A stretch of 64,000 bases of DNA from positions 19,826 through 83,825 of the forward strand of contig CAVXDX010000013.1 in NCBI GenBank assembly GCA_963760615.1, in the 5' to 3' direction. The notes under the pieces are model-generated. The model was given only the letters and a program-made list of their open reading frames with translations, did no database searches and had not been told where the DNA came from. This DNA is from an uncultured Candidatus Micrarchaeota archaeon. Lineage in GTDB: Archaea > Micrarchaeota > Micrarchaeia > Burarchaeales > Fermentimicrarchaeaceae. Made by a program: the position numbers and the translations under genes. This document shows positions 63,950 through 64,000 of the stretch, piece by piece (the first letter of the stretch is position 1; each line of letters starts with the position of its first letter).

Positions 63950-64000
63950 GATGATGACGAAGGTGATCTCTGAGCTCCTAGGGCTGTGAAGATAGACGGA
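63950..64000 (+). ncRNA. probable C/D-box sRNA, truncated by window end
   Basis: Box C ATGATGA 63951-63957, 12-nt guide CGAAGGTGATCT, box D' CTGA 63970-63973, short stem GCTC/GGGC, box C'-like GTGAAGA 63986-63992; TTTAAG TATA about 25 nt upstream; ATG frame stops after 12 codons. Confidence 0.65.

Overview
Archaeal chromosomal segment. GGTGA-type Shine-Dalgarno sites, TTTAA/TTTATA TATA boxes, archaeal-type ThrRS, GAPDH, TIM, DNA ligase and RtcB, and intron-containing tRNAs indicate an archaeon; gene content suggests DPANN, possibly Micrarchaeota (inference). Core content: two tandem ftsZ paralogs (one cut by the window start and missing from the ORF track), ATP-dependent DNA ligase, a type IV pilus locus with five class III signal-peptide pilins, dcd, intein-containing rtcB, thrS, lower glycolysis (tpi, pgk, gap), a glycogen-debranching enzyme, tldD/tldE, porGDAB, trxB and argF. 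Accessory content: an intact solo TnpB (IS200/IS605 family) element, arsM, many Cys-rich secreted proteins and a large modular papain-like protease. Best second-look items: (1) an AT-rich divergent pair of a PD-(D/E)xK-like nuclease-wHTH and an AAA+ ATPase-HTH, separated by a 224-bp spacer packed with TACACA repeats (candidate undescribed defence or replication/regulatory module); (2) tRNA-Ser(CGA) with a T-loop (56/57) intron in a bulge-helix-bulge fold; (3) a probable C/D-box sRNA at the right edge; (4) a palindromic TACG(A/T)CGT(A/G) element shared upstream of ftsZ, grx and rtcB; (5) a kinase-less 7TM sensor coupled to a KaiC-like pseudo-ATPase; (6) a recurrent C-terminal Cys/TM/basic putative sorting signal; (7) several unannotated micro-ORFs with good ribosome-binding sites. 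No CRISPR array or rRNA was seen. All family assignments come from motif recognition by eye, not database searches.
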